Shown: one piece after another, positions 8,746 through 18,604 of the stretch
Layout: each line of letters opens with the position of its first letter
How positions within the stretch are numbered: the first letter of the stretch is position 1
Assembly: GCA_963791045.1 (NCBI GenBank)
Contig: CAWBQK010000006.1
Location: 160,001 to 224,000, forward strand
Origin: Candidatus Latescibacterota bacterium
GTDB lineage: Bacteria; Krumholzibacteriota; Krumholzibacteriia; WVZY01
DNA length: 64,000 bases
Direction: 5' to 3'
Notes under the pieces: generated by a model
What the model was told of the DNA's origin: nothing
The model's database searches: none
Seen by the model: only the letters and a program-made list of their open reading frames with translations
Made by a program: the position numbers and the translations under genes

Positions 8746-9879
8746 ATGTGGTTGACCAAGAAAATCGAAAGAGTAGGGAAGCGGTTTCTCATCCGCTTGA
8801 CGTCCCGGCTGATCAAGACACCCCGGGTCGGTGCGGATGATATTCTTGCCGCGAATCCTCGAAGGATCCTCGTAATCCGGCAGCAAAACCAGATGGGCGA
8901 CATGATCCTCGCTACTCCCGCCTATCGGGCTATAAAGGAAACGCTTGGAGACATCGAACTTGGAGTGGTCACCGCCCCGATCAACCGTAACGTTCTTCTC
9001 AACCACCCGTATGTCGACAGGGTTTTTACATACAACAACAAGGATCTGTTCGGCACGATTCGGCTGATTCGTGATATCAGGAAATGCCGCTACGATCTCG
9101 TGATAATACTCCACACCGTGTCGTTCTCATTCACAAGCGCATTGATAGGGTTGTTTTCGGGGGCGCGTTTCCGTGCCGGATCGACATCGGGACCGTTTGG
9201 CAATATGCTGAGCGAGTCGTTTTTCCACCTCGAGCTACCGCTTCCCGGAAGCGACGCGTTGGCGCGTATGAACGAGGCCGAGCACAACCTCTATCCGCTG
9301 CGCGGATTAAATATCGACTCTGATGATCTTTGCCCGATCATTGTTCCGTCGGCGGAGAACGTTGCGTTCGCGCGTGATTTTCTGGAGCAGAACACCGAAG
9401 CGGACAAGAAAACTATTGTCGTCCACCCCGGTGCGGGAAAAGCCGAGAATATCTGGCCGCCGGAAAACTTCGCCGAGGTCGTCAATCGGTTGTGCGCGGA
9501 ACACGAGTTGAATGTTTGCGTAATTGAAGGGCCGAGGGATGCGGGGAGCGTTGGGTTGTTCATCGACGCGCTGCGGGGGGGGTGCGCGAAGTTAACTGGA
9601 CGGGGAATCGGAGAGGTGGCCGCCGTGCTCCCGCGTGTGAACCTGGTGCTATGCAACGACACCGGTGTGATGCACGTGGCATGCGCCGTCGGCGCGCGTA
9701 CGCTCGCCGTTTTTGGCCCGACGGATCCTGTGCGATGGGCGCCGCGTTGTCCGGGTCTCGATGTGGTTCGCGCGAAGGACGGAAATCTGCGCGACCTTAC
9801 GCCGGAGATGGTTGCCGGTAGAGCATTGGATTTATTGAAATCAGTAGATTGGGCTGAGCGTGATCTTGAGCGGAAGTAA
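8746..9879 (+). CDS. Glycosyltransferase family 9 (heptosyltransferase-like)
   Basis: QMGDMILATP, VVHPGAG, CNDTGVMHVACAVG, FGPTDP. Confidence 0.9.
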   Translation: MWLTKKIERVGKRFLIRLTSRLIKTPRVGADDILAANPRRILVIRQQNQMGDMILATPAYRAIKETLGDIELGVVTAPINRNVLLNHPYVDRVFTYNNKDLFGTIRLIRDIRKCRYDLVIILHTVSFSFTSALIGLFSGARFRAGSTSGPFGNMLSESFFHLELPLPGSDALARMNEAEHNLYPLRGLNIDSDDLCPIIVPSAENVAFARDFLEQNTEADKKTIVVHPGAGKAENIWPPENFAEVVNRLCAEHELNVCVIEGPRDAGSVGLFIDALRGGCAKLTGRGIGEVAAVLPRVNLVLCNDTGVMHVACAVGARTLAVFGPTDPVRWAPRCPGLDVVRAKDGNLRDLTPEMVAGRALDLLKSVDWAERDLERK

Positions 9880-11703
9880 CTGCTTGGGGTCGAGTGTCAC
9901 ATTGTTGTTCCACACGTGGTACCCCGCCTTTTTTACCGTAATCTGGTGCTGTCCCGTTTCCAACTCGATGGGTTGATTCAACGGTGTCATGCCGATCAAA
10001 TTTCCATCGACATATACTTCCGCCCCTTCGATCGTGGACAGGCTTATCCGTCCCACGATTTTCTGCAGCACAATGTTCCGGGTTGAAAGCTCGCCGGTAG
10101 TGATGTTTAGCACTTCGCGATAGGTTTCGAATCGGGGGCGTCGGCACTCAAGCGTGTGTTCCCCGCGTTCGAGCTTGATTCGGGCTTCGGGGGAATCTCC
10201 CACGTAAAGACCATCAACATAGACTTCGCCCGGAGGCTCGCTTGTCACGGAAAGCCACCCGGTTCGAACAATCTTCGCGGGTGGCGCCGGTTTTTCCTCG
10301 GCGACAACCGCATTTGTGACCGCGGCGTCACTGGTATTGTCGGTCGTGGAATTGTCGACAACGATCGATGCGGCGGGCGCTGCGTTGAGGCCCGGGATGC
10401 CGGTCGAGTCCAGGGTGGATGATGCGCCTTGCGCTTGAACTGTGGCGTTGCCGGTCGGTCGAATGTAGGTCGTTTTGGGCGCGTTTTCTTCGGCAGGCGC
10501 GGCGATGTTTGTTGCCGGCGAAGTCGCTTCCGGGGTTTTCGAAATCGAATTGTCGGAGCCCTGGATGCTATCCGAAAACACAGCGGCCATGTCGAACTCC
10601 GGCAGCCCCGAGGCAAACATTTCGCTTTGCTGTATGGGAGCAGCGGTCTCGGCCTGACGCGCCGCGATAGCCTTGACATCCTGAATAACCTTCTGAAACA
10701 CACCCGGCTCCATGATGTACCCCACCGTCGCCGCGCAGCCGATCGCGGCGGCAGCGATCGTCGCGGTCAACCCTTTGCGGACTCTCCGGGTATTTTTCCG
10801 TGCGCGCCGCGTCCGCGGAAGTACCATCGTGGCACCATTGGTGGCGAGCAGTGTTTTGAGGTTTTCCGACGATTCTTTCAAAGACTCGAGCCCAAGACGT
10901 TTTTCTATCGCTTTTTTGAACTGGCCGGCGCTCTGGAACCGCGCTTCGCGGTTCTTGTTCATCGATTTGAGTACAATACTCTCAGTGCCCGACGCGAGTT
11001 CGACGCCAAACTTCGACGGGTGCGGCGCGTTGCTGTTGATGATATTTTGAATGACGCCCATGTAGTTGTCGCAAAGAAAGGGCTGCTCTCCGGTGAGGCT
11101 CTCGTAAAGCATCGTTCCGAGCGAGAAGAGGTCGCTTCGCTGGTCGACGCTTTCTCCAAACGCCTGCTCGGGAGACATGTACAGCGGCGTGCCGAGTATC
11201 GAGTTGGCCGCCGTGTGTTGGGTCGGCGCCTGAGTCAGCTTGGCGAGTCCGAAGTCGGTGATCTTCACCCGGCCCGTTTTTGTCAGCATGATGTTGCCGG
11301 GCTTTATGTCCCGATGCACGATGCCCTTGATGTGGGCGTGTTCCAGGCCCAGACAAACCTGGTAGGCGATGGCCAGCGCGTATTCCTCGGGGATCTGTTT
11401 CCACCTGTCGAGGATATCGTGGAGGCTTTCGCCCTCGATAAACTCCATCACCATAAGATACTCGTCGTCTTCGACTCCAAAGTCGATGATCTTGACGATG
11501 TTGTCGTGGTCGAGTGAAGCGGCGGCCTTGGCTTCGAGAATGAAGCGCCGGGTAAAGTTCTCGTCTTCGGTGAGATGATGGTGCAATTTTTTGACTGCGA
11601 CGACGCGGTCAAGCGAGGTTTGCATCGCCTTGTACAAGACGGCCGTGCCGCCCTGGGCGACAAGCTCGAGAATTTGATAACTCTTGCCGTCTGCCACTTT
11701 CAA
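9841..11703 (-). CDS. Membrane Ser/Thr protein kinase with two C-terminal PEGA domains
   Basis: VAVKKL, HRDIKPGN, DFG, YMSPE, SDLFSLG; TM segment; PEGA repeats SEPPGEVYVDG and EGAEVYVDG. Confidence 0.93.
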   Translation of the reverse strand: MKVADGKSYQILELVAQGGTAVLYKAMQTSLDRVVAVKKLHHHLTEDENFTRRFILEAKAAASLDHDNIVKIIDFGVEDDEYLMVMEFIEGESLHDILDRWKQIPEEYALAIAYQVCLGLEHAHIKGIVHRDIKPGNIMLTKTGRVKITDFGLAKLTQAPTQHTAANSILGTPLYMSPEQAFGESVDQRSDLFSLGTMLYESLTGEQPFLCDNYMGVIQNIINSNAPHPSKFGVELASGTESIVLKSMNKNREARFQSAGQFKKAIEKRLGLESLKESSENLKTLLATNGATMVLPRTRRARKNTRRVRKGLTATIAAAAIGCAATVGYIMEPGVFQKVIQDVKAIAARQAETAAPIQQSEMFASGLPEFDMAAVFSDSIQGSDNSISKTPEATSPATNIAAPAEENAPKTTYIRPTGNATVQAQGASSTLDSTGIPGLNAAPAASIVVDNSTTDNTSDAAVTNAVVAEEKPAPPAKIVRTGWLSVTSEPPGEVYVDGLYVGDSPEARIKLERGEHTLECRRPRFETYREVLNITTGELSTRNIVLQKIVGRISLSTIEGAEVYVDGNLIGMTPLNQPIELETGQHQITVKKAGYHVWNNNVTLDPKQLLPLKITLSPIY

Positions 11704-11704
11704 A

Positions 11705-12436
11705 TCACCTCGCGAGAATCAAGCGTTCAGCCAAATACGAGGGAAGCCCTTCCGAAAGAATCTTGCTTTGACACGTCGATATGTCGTAGGGAATCCGAAG
11801 GGTTTCGATGGTTTCGCTTTCGTCATCGAGAACGACGACGCATGCGTCTGGGTTGCTATCGCGCGGCTGTCCGGTGCTGCCGGCATTTATGAAGTACCGG
11901 TAGCCGTCCTTAATTGTTATACGGTTTTCCCTGATGATCTGCATGGCGCCGGTGCGCTCTTCCATCGAAACGAGCACGGGCAGATGAGTGTGCCCGACAA
12001 AGCAGAACCGCTGCCCGATCGATGAAAACACCTCGGCCACGTCGTCGAGCGTCCGCACATAACGAAATTCCATGGGCTCGATCGGAGACGCATGCGTAAA
12101 AAGGTAGTCGCCGTCTATATAGACCAACGGCATGTTTGCCAGTGCGTCAACATCGTCCTCGTCCAGTGCGCGTCGCGTCCACTCCACCGCCTTGTATGCG
12201 ATCGGATTGAAATCGTTGCATGCAATCATCCCGGCCACCGCGAGATCATGATTGCCCGCGAGGATCAGATTTGCCTCATCCTGGAGAAGGTGGAGGCAGG
12301 CCTGCGGATCGGCCCCGTATCCCACCACGTCTCCCAGGCAGTAGAGCTCATAGGGTTCGAGCCTTTTTGCAAAATCGAGCACCGCCTTGAGCGATTCGAG
12401 GTTGCCGTGAATGTCGGAAATCAAGATGTAACGCAT
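11705..12436 (-). CDS. Calcineurin-like metallophosphoesterase (putative protein phosphatase)
   Basis: SDIHGN, GDVVGYG, GNHD, GHTH, GSTGQPRD; GGAGG before ATG 12436. Confidence 0.9.
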   Translation of the reverse strand: MRYILISDIHGNLESLKAVLDFAKRLEPYELYCLGDVVGYGADPQACLHLLQDEANLILAGNHDLAVAGMIACNDFNPIAYKAVEWTRRALDEDDVDALANMPLVYIDGDYLFTHASPIEPMEFRYVRTLDDVAEVFSSIGQRFCFVGHTHLPVLVSMEERTGAMQIIRENRITIKDGYRYFINAGSTGQPRDSNPDACVVVLDDESETIETLRIPYDISTCQSKILSEGLPSYLAERLILAR

Positions 12437-12462
12437 GTCACCCTCCGGTGCGTGCCGCGGTT

Positions 12463-13830
12463 CTACTCGTGAAAAACGAATTCCTTCTTGCCGATTTGAA
12501 TATGATCGTTGTTTCTCAAGACCCACTCCTTGATCGGCCTGCCGCCGACCTTCACTTTGCGATGACCGGCCACATGCCTGATGATGTAGTTGCCGTTTTC
12601 GCGTGAAATCTCGGCGTGTTTTTTAGCCACGAAGAAACCATCGACTTCAATGTCGGCGGTCTCATCTTTGCCGAGCGTGAGACTTGATTCTCCGATCTCG
12701 AATTCCCGTTCTCCCGTCTTGGCTTTCTCTGTCAGCCTTGGTCGTGTGGGGTCGCCTTCGCTTTCCGGCGCTTCCACTGGTTCCGGGGTTGGCGCCGGTG
12801 CGAATTTTCCGGGACGCATGATCACTGTCTGGTCGAACCGCTGTGGTTCGGCGCCAAGGGCGATTTCTCGTCTGCTTTGTTTCTGGAATACAAGAATGTG
12901 TTTGCCGATTTGTATTTCATCTCCGGCGCTGAGAATGGCGCGGCCTACCGGATTGCCGTTTACTATTGTTCCGTTGAGGCTGTCACAGTCCTTTACATAG
13001 AACTCGCCCTTGTCTTCTTCGATGACCGCGTGAAGGCGTGATACAGCGAGGTTGTCGATGGCAATATCGTTGTCCGGGGTCCTCCCGATCTTGAAGACCG
13101 GTTTGTCGAGCATCCAGTTCCCGATCTCTTTCTCTTTGAACTCGAGGGTGACGATTGGCGGCTTCGTCAGGAAAAGTTCGGTCACGTCGCCTCGGTAGTC
13201 GCGGTCGACCGTTTTTGCGTCGACGGCGTATTTGACGAGAAGATCCTCATATACAAGGATCGTCAGCGGTTTTTCCGCGGACAGCGTGTAGATCTTGACC
13301 AGAAAATCATCCCGGAACGACCGTTCGAGTGGAATAGGGGCGGACAGCTCATGACAGAGAGCTTTGACCTCTCCCTTTTCGTATCTCAGTATCGCGAGAA
13401 ATTCATCCTGCGACGCCGAGACGATACAGCTTTTGCCTTCGTCTTCGATTCTGTCGAGAACCTGGTCAAGATCAACCAGTGAACTCAATAGTTTCAGCGC
13501 GGGCTTTTTCTGAAATAGAATCAGGATTGAATGGAGAATTTTGTTGTTCAACACATAACATGCCGCCCGCGGTTCGCTCATCCGGCCCGCCGCAAGTAGG
13601 AATTCTTTTATCGACGTTTCGACGAGCTGTCCGTTTCGCTCCGCACCGGCGCTGTAGATTTGACCATCCCTGAGAAAAACAAAACACTGATGAGTGTCGT
13701 CGCACACTTCCACGTAAACGGGTTGTTGTTGGCTGGTCGTGAGACCTTCCCGCAAAACTTCGTTGAGTTTTTCCGCCGAAAAACACTCGAATCGTTTGTG
13801 TTCACGGAGGTATGGAAGTGTGATTTTCAC
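12463..13830 (-). CDS. Tandem FHA-domain protein with N-terminal DUF4388/PATAN-like repeats
   Basis: FHA1 IGRTPDNDIAIDNLAVSRLHA..SLNGT; FHA2 LGKDETADIEVDGFFVAKKHA; N-terminal FVFLRDGQIYSA and ILRYEKGEVKA segments (domain call tentative). Confidence 0.8.
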   Translation of the reverse strand: MKITLPYLREHKRFECFSAEKLNEVLREGLTTSQQQPVYVEVCDDTHQCFVFLRDGQIYSAGAERNGQLVETSIKEFLLAAGRMSEPRAACYVLNNKILHSILILFQKKPALKLLSSLVDLDQVLDRIEDEGKSCIVSASQDEFLAILRYEKGEVKALCHELSAPIPLERSFRDDFLVKIYTLSAEKPLTILVYEDLLVKYAVDAKTVDRDYRGDVTELFLTKPPIVTLEFKEKEIGNWMLDKPVFKIGRTPDNDIAIDNLAVSRLHAVIEEDKGEFYVKDCDSLNGTIVNGNPVGRAILSAGDEIQIGKHILVFQKQSRREIALGAEPQRFDQTVIMRPGKFAPAPTPEPVEAPESEGDPTRPRLTEKAKTGEREFEIGESSLTLGKDETADIEVDGFFVAKKHAEISRENGNYIIRHVAGHRKVKVGGRPIKEWVLRNNDHIQIGKKEFVFHE

Positions 13831-13885
13831 CGTGTGTCCATCCTTGTCGAAGAATCTGTACGGGCTTGATAGTCATGCGGAAAAG

Positions 13886-13902
13886 GGCAAGAAGTATGCC
13901 AG
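13886..13902 (-). promoter_or_regulatory. sigma54 (-24/-12) promoter of the FHA-phosphatase-kinase operon
   Basis: Minus strand CTGGCATACTTCTTGCC (GG-N10-GC), about 55 bp upstream of the FHA start. Confidence 0.7.
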
Positions 13903-14147
13903 GGAAAACCCGCATTCGTCCGCGTCAAACTCGCTATCCCAAAGCCAATAAATCGACTATGACGTCAGGTGTGTCGCACCCCGCAAAAGGGCAACGATGC
14001 AATAGAGAAGCGTCGACCGCATATTGCTAGTCGCTGACGGCATCAGTGTCGATGATCGCTTCCGTTGATGGTTGGTCGATACGAGTTGTTCCGCATGGTT
14101 ACTGGGAGTTCTGGGTTCGTCCTTGTAGTGTCTCGTCGAGATTGGAC

Positions 14148-14176
14148 TTGAAAATTCACGTCTTGTAGTGTACAAT
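14148..14176 (+). promoter_or_regulatory. sigma70 promoter of the cold-shock gene
   Basis: TTGAAA, 17 bp, TACAAT; implies a ~120-nt 5' UTR, as is typical of csp genes. Confidence 0.7.
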
Positions 14177-14302
14177 TGCATGGTTCAATGAGGTAAAACT
14201 TCGGAAATAATTTGATGGTAGTAATACACTGATTCGCTTCGTTCGGAACCATTGGGATGGCCGCATCCCAGTGGTTTTTCTATTGGAAGGGGTGCAGATC
14301 TA

Positions 14303-14521
14303 GTGCGAGTTACTGGTAAAGTCAAGTGGTTCAATGAAACCAAAGGGTATGGTTTTATCAAGCAGGAAGCAGGCCGGGATATTTTTGTGCACTATTCGGA
14401 GATTCAAGACGAAGGCTTTCGCACCCTCTCCGAGGGTGAGACGGTTGAGTTTGAACTCAAAGAGGGTGCGAAAGGTCTGGAGGCCACAATGGTCATTCGG
14501 GCGCCCGGCTCTCCAGAGTAA
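14303..14521 (+). CDS. Cold-shock domain protein (CspA family)
   Basis: [16 protein letters not shown] and DIFVHYS (RNP1/RNP2); GTG start at 14303. Confidence 0.95.
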   Translation: MRVTGKVKWFNETKGYGFIKQEAGRDIFVHYSEIQDEGFRTLSEGETVEFELKEGAKGLEATMVIRAPGSPE

Positions 14522-14547
14522 CGTTTCTGTCAGAGTTGTTTCTCCTG

Positions 14548-15987
14548 CTACTTGGCTGTCTCGCTGATTCGTTGGAGATTCCTCTTCGCTTTCTCGTTAC
14601 CCGGGTCCAATTCCAGCGCTTTTGTCCATGCGTCGCTCGCCTCATTGAGGCGGTCCATCCGGTAGTACGCGTTGCCAAGGTTCGTGTATGCCGGACCGTT
14701 CTTGCTGTTCTTCCCGAGGGCCTCGTTGTACATTTCGACCGCTTGCTCGTAATCTCCTTTTTTGTAGAAGATATAGCCGAGGTTGTTGTAAGCGGCGTGG
14801 AGCGACGAGTTGAGTTCGACGGCCTTAGTGAACGCATCGGTCGCTTTTTCCTCGTCGTCAAGCTCCGTGAACGCCAGCCCAAGGTTGTTGTAAGCCTCGG
14901 CGAAATCGGGATCCATCTTGACGGCCTGGAGGAACTGATCGCGCGCCATCTCGTATGCGCCGTTGTGAAAGCTCGTCACGCCGAGATTGTTGTACTTCTT
15001 TGATTCCTTCTTTGTCGAACGAGATTGCTCGTCTTCTCTGTGTTTCTTGCCTTCTTCGAGATACCCCGCGAGTTCTTTCTGATGATCGACCAGTTCATTG
15101 ATTCGTGTTTCCCAGTCTTCCTGTCGGGACGCGAGATCGAGAACGCGGTCGACGATGTCTTCTTTCCAGGAATCGAGTTTCTTGCCCAGATCTTCTGCGG
15201 ACTCTTTTTGAGCGCCGAGAACATCATCGACTTTTTGAGAAATGGATTTGACCGGCTCTGAAAAATCGAGCGCCTTGAGTCCTTCCGCGGTTTTTTTGGC
15301 CGACCGTTCGAGAATCTCGTTGATCGTTGATTCTTTGGGGATCGCACCATCGATGTCGGCGACCTTTTTCGAAACATCGTCCGACATGTCTTTCAAACGC
15401 GCCACGTTGTCGGCGAGTTCAGAAACTGTTGTTGAAAGATTGTCGAAACCCTCCCCTCTTTCCTTTATCGAATCCCGAAGCGATTCAATTTCCTTTTGGA
15501 TCGATTCGATGTCGGTGCCGTCACCTGGCTGGTTGAGCTTTTCAAGACGGTCGGTGACTTCGCTCTTGAGCGTATCGAGGCTGTCCGCCTGCTTCTTGTC
15601 GGAGTCGGCGAGGCTTTCGACGATCTCGGCGACACCTTTTGTCTGAAATTGCCAGATCTTATCGATATCGCGCATAAGTTCGGGCGATAATTCGGCCGAA
15701 GCCTGCTCGAATCCATCGATCTTTGAGAAAATCATATCGAAGCGACACTCGTCCGACGCGGTCTGGTAAAACCGGCAGGATTCCTTCAGGCACTCGAGCT
15801 GCGCCGAAGCGGCATTGACATTTGTGCCATCTTTGTTGGAACCGACGCCCTCTTCATTGTCGTAACCCAGAAGAACGACATCATCGGATGCGTCGGTTTG
15901 GCCGCCATCCGTTGTTTTTTCGCCCAGCGAAAGCGTGTTGTGATTCTCGTCTCCTAGCAGATGAGAGATAAACGGACAGATCTTCAT
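14548..15987 (-). CDS. TPR protein with Cys-rich N-terminus and long coiled-coil
   Basis: CPF..CLKESCRFY..C; heptad-rich middle; TPRs YNNLGVTSF, AYNNLGLAF, AYNNLGYIF, AYTNLGNAY. Confidence 0.8.
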   Translation of the reverse strand: MKICPFISHLLGDENHNTLSLGEKTTDGGQTDASDDVVLLGYDNEEGVGSNKDGTNVNAASAQLECLKESCRFYQTASDECRFDMIFSKIDGFEQASAELSPELMRDIDKIWQFQTKGVAEIVESLADSDKKQADSLDTLKSEVTDRLEKLNQPGDGTDIESIQKEIESLRDSIKERGEGFDNLSTTVSELADNVARLKDMSDDVSKKVADIDGAIPKESTINEILERSAKKTAEGLKALDFSEPVKSISQKVDDVLGAQKESAEDLGKKLDSWKEDIVDRVLDLASRQEDWETRINELVDHQKELAGYLEEGKKHREDEQSRSTKKESKKYNNLGVTSFHNGAYEMARDQFLQAVKMDPDFAEAYNNLGLAFTELDDEEKATDAFTKAVELNSSLHAAYNNLGYIFYKKGDYEQAVEMYNEALGKNSKNGPAYTNLGNAYYRMDRLNEASDAWTKALELDPGNEKAKRNLQRISETAK

Positions 15988-16018
15988 GGTTCATTGCCTC
16001 CTGATTCCGGGTTCCTAA

Positions 16019-18256
16019 TTATATACTCGATACTTTTTCGAGAGCTGGAGCGGAGCCGGTGGCCGACTGCAGATACTGCTCGTAGTTGGATTCCGCCATC
16101 CGTTCAACGTCGGCGGCCCCCGGTTGCTCGCTCAAAAGTCTAAGAAACACACTATGTGCCGCTTCAAAATTATGAAGCGCGCGGTAACAAATCGCGATAC
16201 GGGTCAGATGTACTTTCCGTTCGTCTCTGGCGAGTCCGTTGATGTTGATAGATTTCAGTGTGATCAGCGCGGACAGCGGTTGTTCGGTTTCGAGGTAGTA
16301 ATCGGCAAGCAGGCGCCTACGCGTCATGTCTTCACCGATGTTGGCCGGTGTGAAAGCGAGAACGGTCTTCATTTCTTCAAGCCGTCCCTCGCAGAGTGCC
16401 TGTTCTATGAGCTCAATGGCGCCCCCGTTGTCGATCCGGCCTTCTGAGAACATCTTGAAGAGGGTTTCGAAATCTTTGGGGCTTTCGTCGATGTCTTCCT
16501 CTTCGGTCTGTGCTGAGATCTCGGGTGAGAATTCGACGATTTCATCGCTCGGCGCGAATTCGAATCCGGACGCTGTGTCCAACGGTGTGTCGCACGGGAC
16601 GTCATCGGCAACTGCGAAGCTGTCTTCGGGTTCATCGGTTGAAGTGAAGTTCTTGCTGAGATAATCGAACAGGTCGTCGCCGTCGCCCGCCGATTCGGAT
16701 TCCGCACTTTTTTCATCGAATTCCGGTTGCCGCGCTTCGGAGTCCGGGTCCATCAATCCACCGAGTGAGAATTCACGGTTGTCGATGCCGAGGTCCATGT
16801 TGTCTTTATTTTTCGGCGGAGCCGTTTCCTGTTTGTCGGGAGAAATTCCTGCCGTATCAATGTGGGTTTCGACTTGTTTAATCGTCGTGGTTGGACGGGA
16901 GGCGGGAATGCTTTGTGAATCTCCACCCCACCTTGCTTCTGCCAGGTCGAAATCGTCGTAGTTCTCGAACTGGGTGTTTGAGGCGGACTCGCGGACTGTC
17001 GCGGTGCCAAAACGATCATTGAAGAAGTGGCGGATGAGCGGCGTCGATTGATGTCGTGACAGCAGTTCCTTGATTGTCGGCTCATCCTGAATCCCGTGCG
17101 AGAGGATTTCCTTAAAGATTTCCAACGCCTTGCCGTGCATACCCTCGTTCAATGCCGCTTCGCCAAAGAAAAGCAGGATTCCGGAATCCGTCCCCGGAAC
17201 CTGTGTTCTTTCTTCGAGCCAGGCCAGTAGATTATTGCGGTGATTTTGTTTCTGAAAGATTTTCTTTAAATGCGAGATGGCCGTGTCCTTGCGGCCGAGC
17301 CCGAGAGCGGCGTCGATGAACAGGAAATGGAGATTTAAATCATCGCCAATATCCAGCACATGGGTTTCGAGCAGCTCGACCACAGGGGTAGCTTTTGCTG
17401 GATCACGATCGAGGATCCCGCGAAGGAGATCCTCCGCGCGTTCCGCGTTTTTGTGGGCGAGATGCATTTCCGCCAGAAGAAGATCCCGTTTGTCGGCCGG
17501 AATCCCTGCCTGATCACCGAGTGATTCGATTCTTTCGATCGCATCGGGCATCAGAGCCGGTGTCATCTTCGAGGCGCGAATAAGTTTTTCGATTCCGGTT
17601 TCGTACTTGTTCGCCGCGAAGAAACAGCACCCCAGTGCGAACACGGATTCGCCCTTTTCTTTGTGATGTTTTTCGATATGTACGAGGAACGGTTCGATAA
17701 GCTTGTGGGCGTCGGGATTTTCGTCGAGAATCCGGATCACGCCGTTCATTGCCTCGGGGAACCGGCTGAGCCTGACGCACAACAATGCCTCGGTAATCGC
17801 ATACAAAAGGAATTCGTCGCGGGCGGCGAGGCCGCCGCCAATCGCAGAACTCATCGCCTGTTTTTTTGTGCGCACCCGTTGAAGCAGTTCGTCCGCCGTA
17901 TGGTCCTTTAGGTCCGCGAGGAGCGAACTTGCCGTTTCCACCTCGCCATTTCTGATCGCTTGTTCGACGAGATAGCGGCCGACGATCGGATCGTTGTATT
18001 TGCCGACTTTGTCCGCGGCAAACGTCCACAGCTCAAACAGGTCGTCGGGAAGTCTCTTCTGCGCCTGTTTGAAATACTGGAGCGCCTTGAGCGATTCGCC
18101 GGCTTCCATCGCGACGTCAACGGCCTCGGTGTAAAGACTCAGCGCTTTTGGGTGTTTTTTGATTCCGTCTTCGAGTCTGGACAGGGCCTTGTCAAAATTG
18201 GAGCGGCTCCGGTCCTGGCCGGCCTTGTCGAGCATTGACGACACTTTTGCGTTCAT
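16019..18256 (-). CDS. Large TPR-like helical protein with acidic low-complexity linker
   Basis: 745-aa ORF of helical repeats with a D/E-rich segment (~aa 430-600) and a helical C-terminal domain. Confidence 0.7.
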   Translation of the reverse strand: MNAKVSSMLDKAGQDRSRSNFDKALSRLEDGIKKHPKALSLYTEAVDVAMEAGESLKALQYFKQAQKRLPDDLFELWTFAADKVGKYNDPIVGRYLVEQAIRNGEVETASSLLADLKDHTADELLQRVRTKKQAMSSAIGGGLAARDEFLLYAITEALLCVRLSRFPEAMNGVIRILDENPDAHKLIEPFLVHIEKHHKEKGESVFALGCCFFAANKYETGIEKLIRASKMTPALMPDAIERIESLGDQAGIPADKRDLLLAEMHLAHKNAERAEDLLRGILDRDPAKATPVVELLETHVLDIGDDLNLHFLFIDAALGLGRKDTAISHLKKIFQKQNHRNNLLAWLEERTQVPGTDSGILLFFGEAALNEGMHGKALEIFKEILSHGIQDEPTIKELLSRHQSTPLIRHFFNDRFGTATVRESASNTQFENYDDFDLAEARWGGDSQSIPASRPTTTIKQVETHIDTAGISPDKQETAPPKNKDNMDLGIDNREFSLGGLMDPDSEARQPEFDEKSAESESAGDGDDLFDYLSKNFTSTDEPEDSFAVADDVPCDTPLDTASGFEFAPSDEIVEFSPEISAQTEEEDIDESPKDFETLFKMFSEGRIDNGGAIELIEQALCEGRLEEMKTVLAFTPANIGEDMTRRRLLADYYLETEQPLSALITLKSININGLARDERKVHLTRIAICYRALHNFEAAHSVFLRLLSEQPGAADVERMAESNYEQYLQSATGSAPALEKVSSI

Positions 18257-18312
18257 CGGAGAAACTCTTTCAATGGGTGTGTTGGAGAATCTATTTCGCC
18301 ATTGGTGGTTAG

Positions 18313-18329
18313 AGCGAATCGTGTACCAG
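18313..18329 (-). promoter_or_regulatory. sigma54 promoter of the TPR gene pair
   Basis: Minus strand CTGGTACACGATTCGCT (GG-N10-GC), about 57 bp upstream of ATG 18256. Confidence 0.6.
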
Positions 18330-18604
18330 CCGCGAGATTAAAATCCGGGCCGTGCTCGCAGGTCGTAACACGCTGTGTTATAACAAGATAAAATATGGGT
18401 TCTCGCCGGGCGCCGGATGTCCCTATCTGGAGTGGCCAATCCCCTTGCAATTTGCACAACCACCCGCCCAGAAATTGGCTAAGCGGGCGATCTGAATGGG
18501 GGTTGCGCCCAGCCATTGAAAACATTAACGTTAGACCCATCACAAGAGTGGCATCGATGACAGGCCCCGTGTGGGGTTAATCCGCAGGCATGGGATGCGC
18601 AGAT

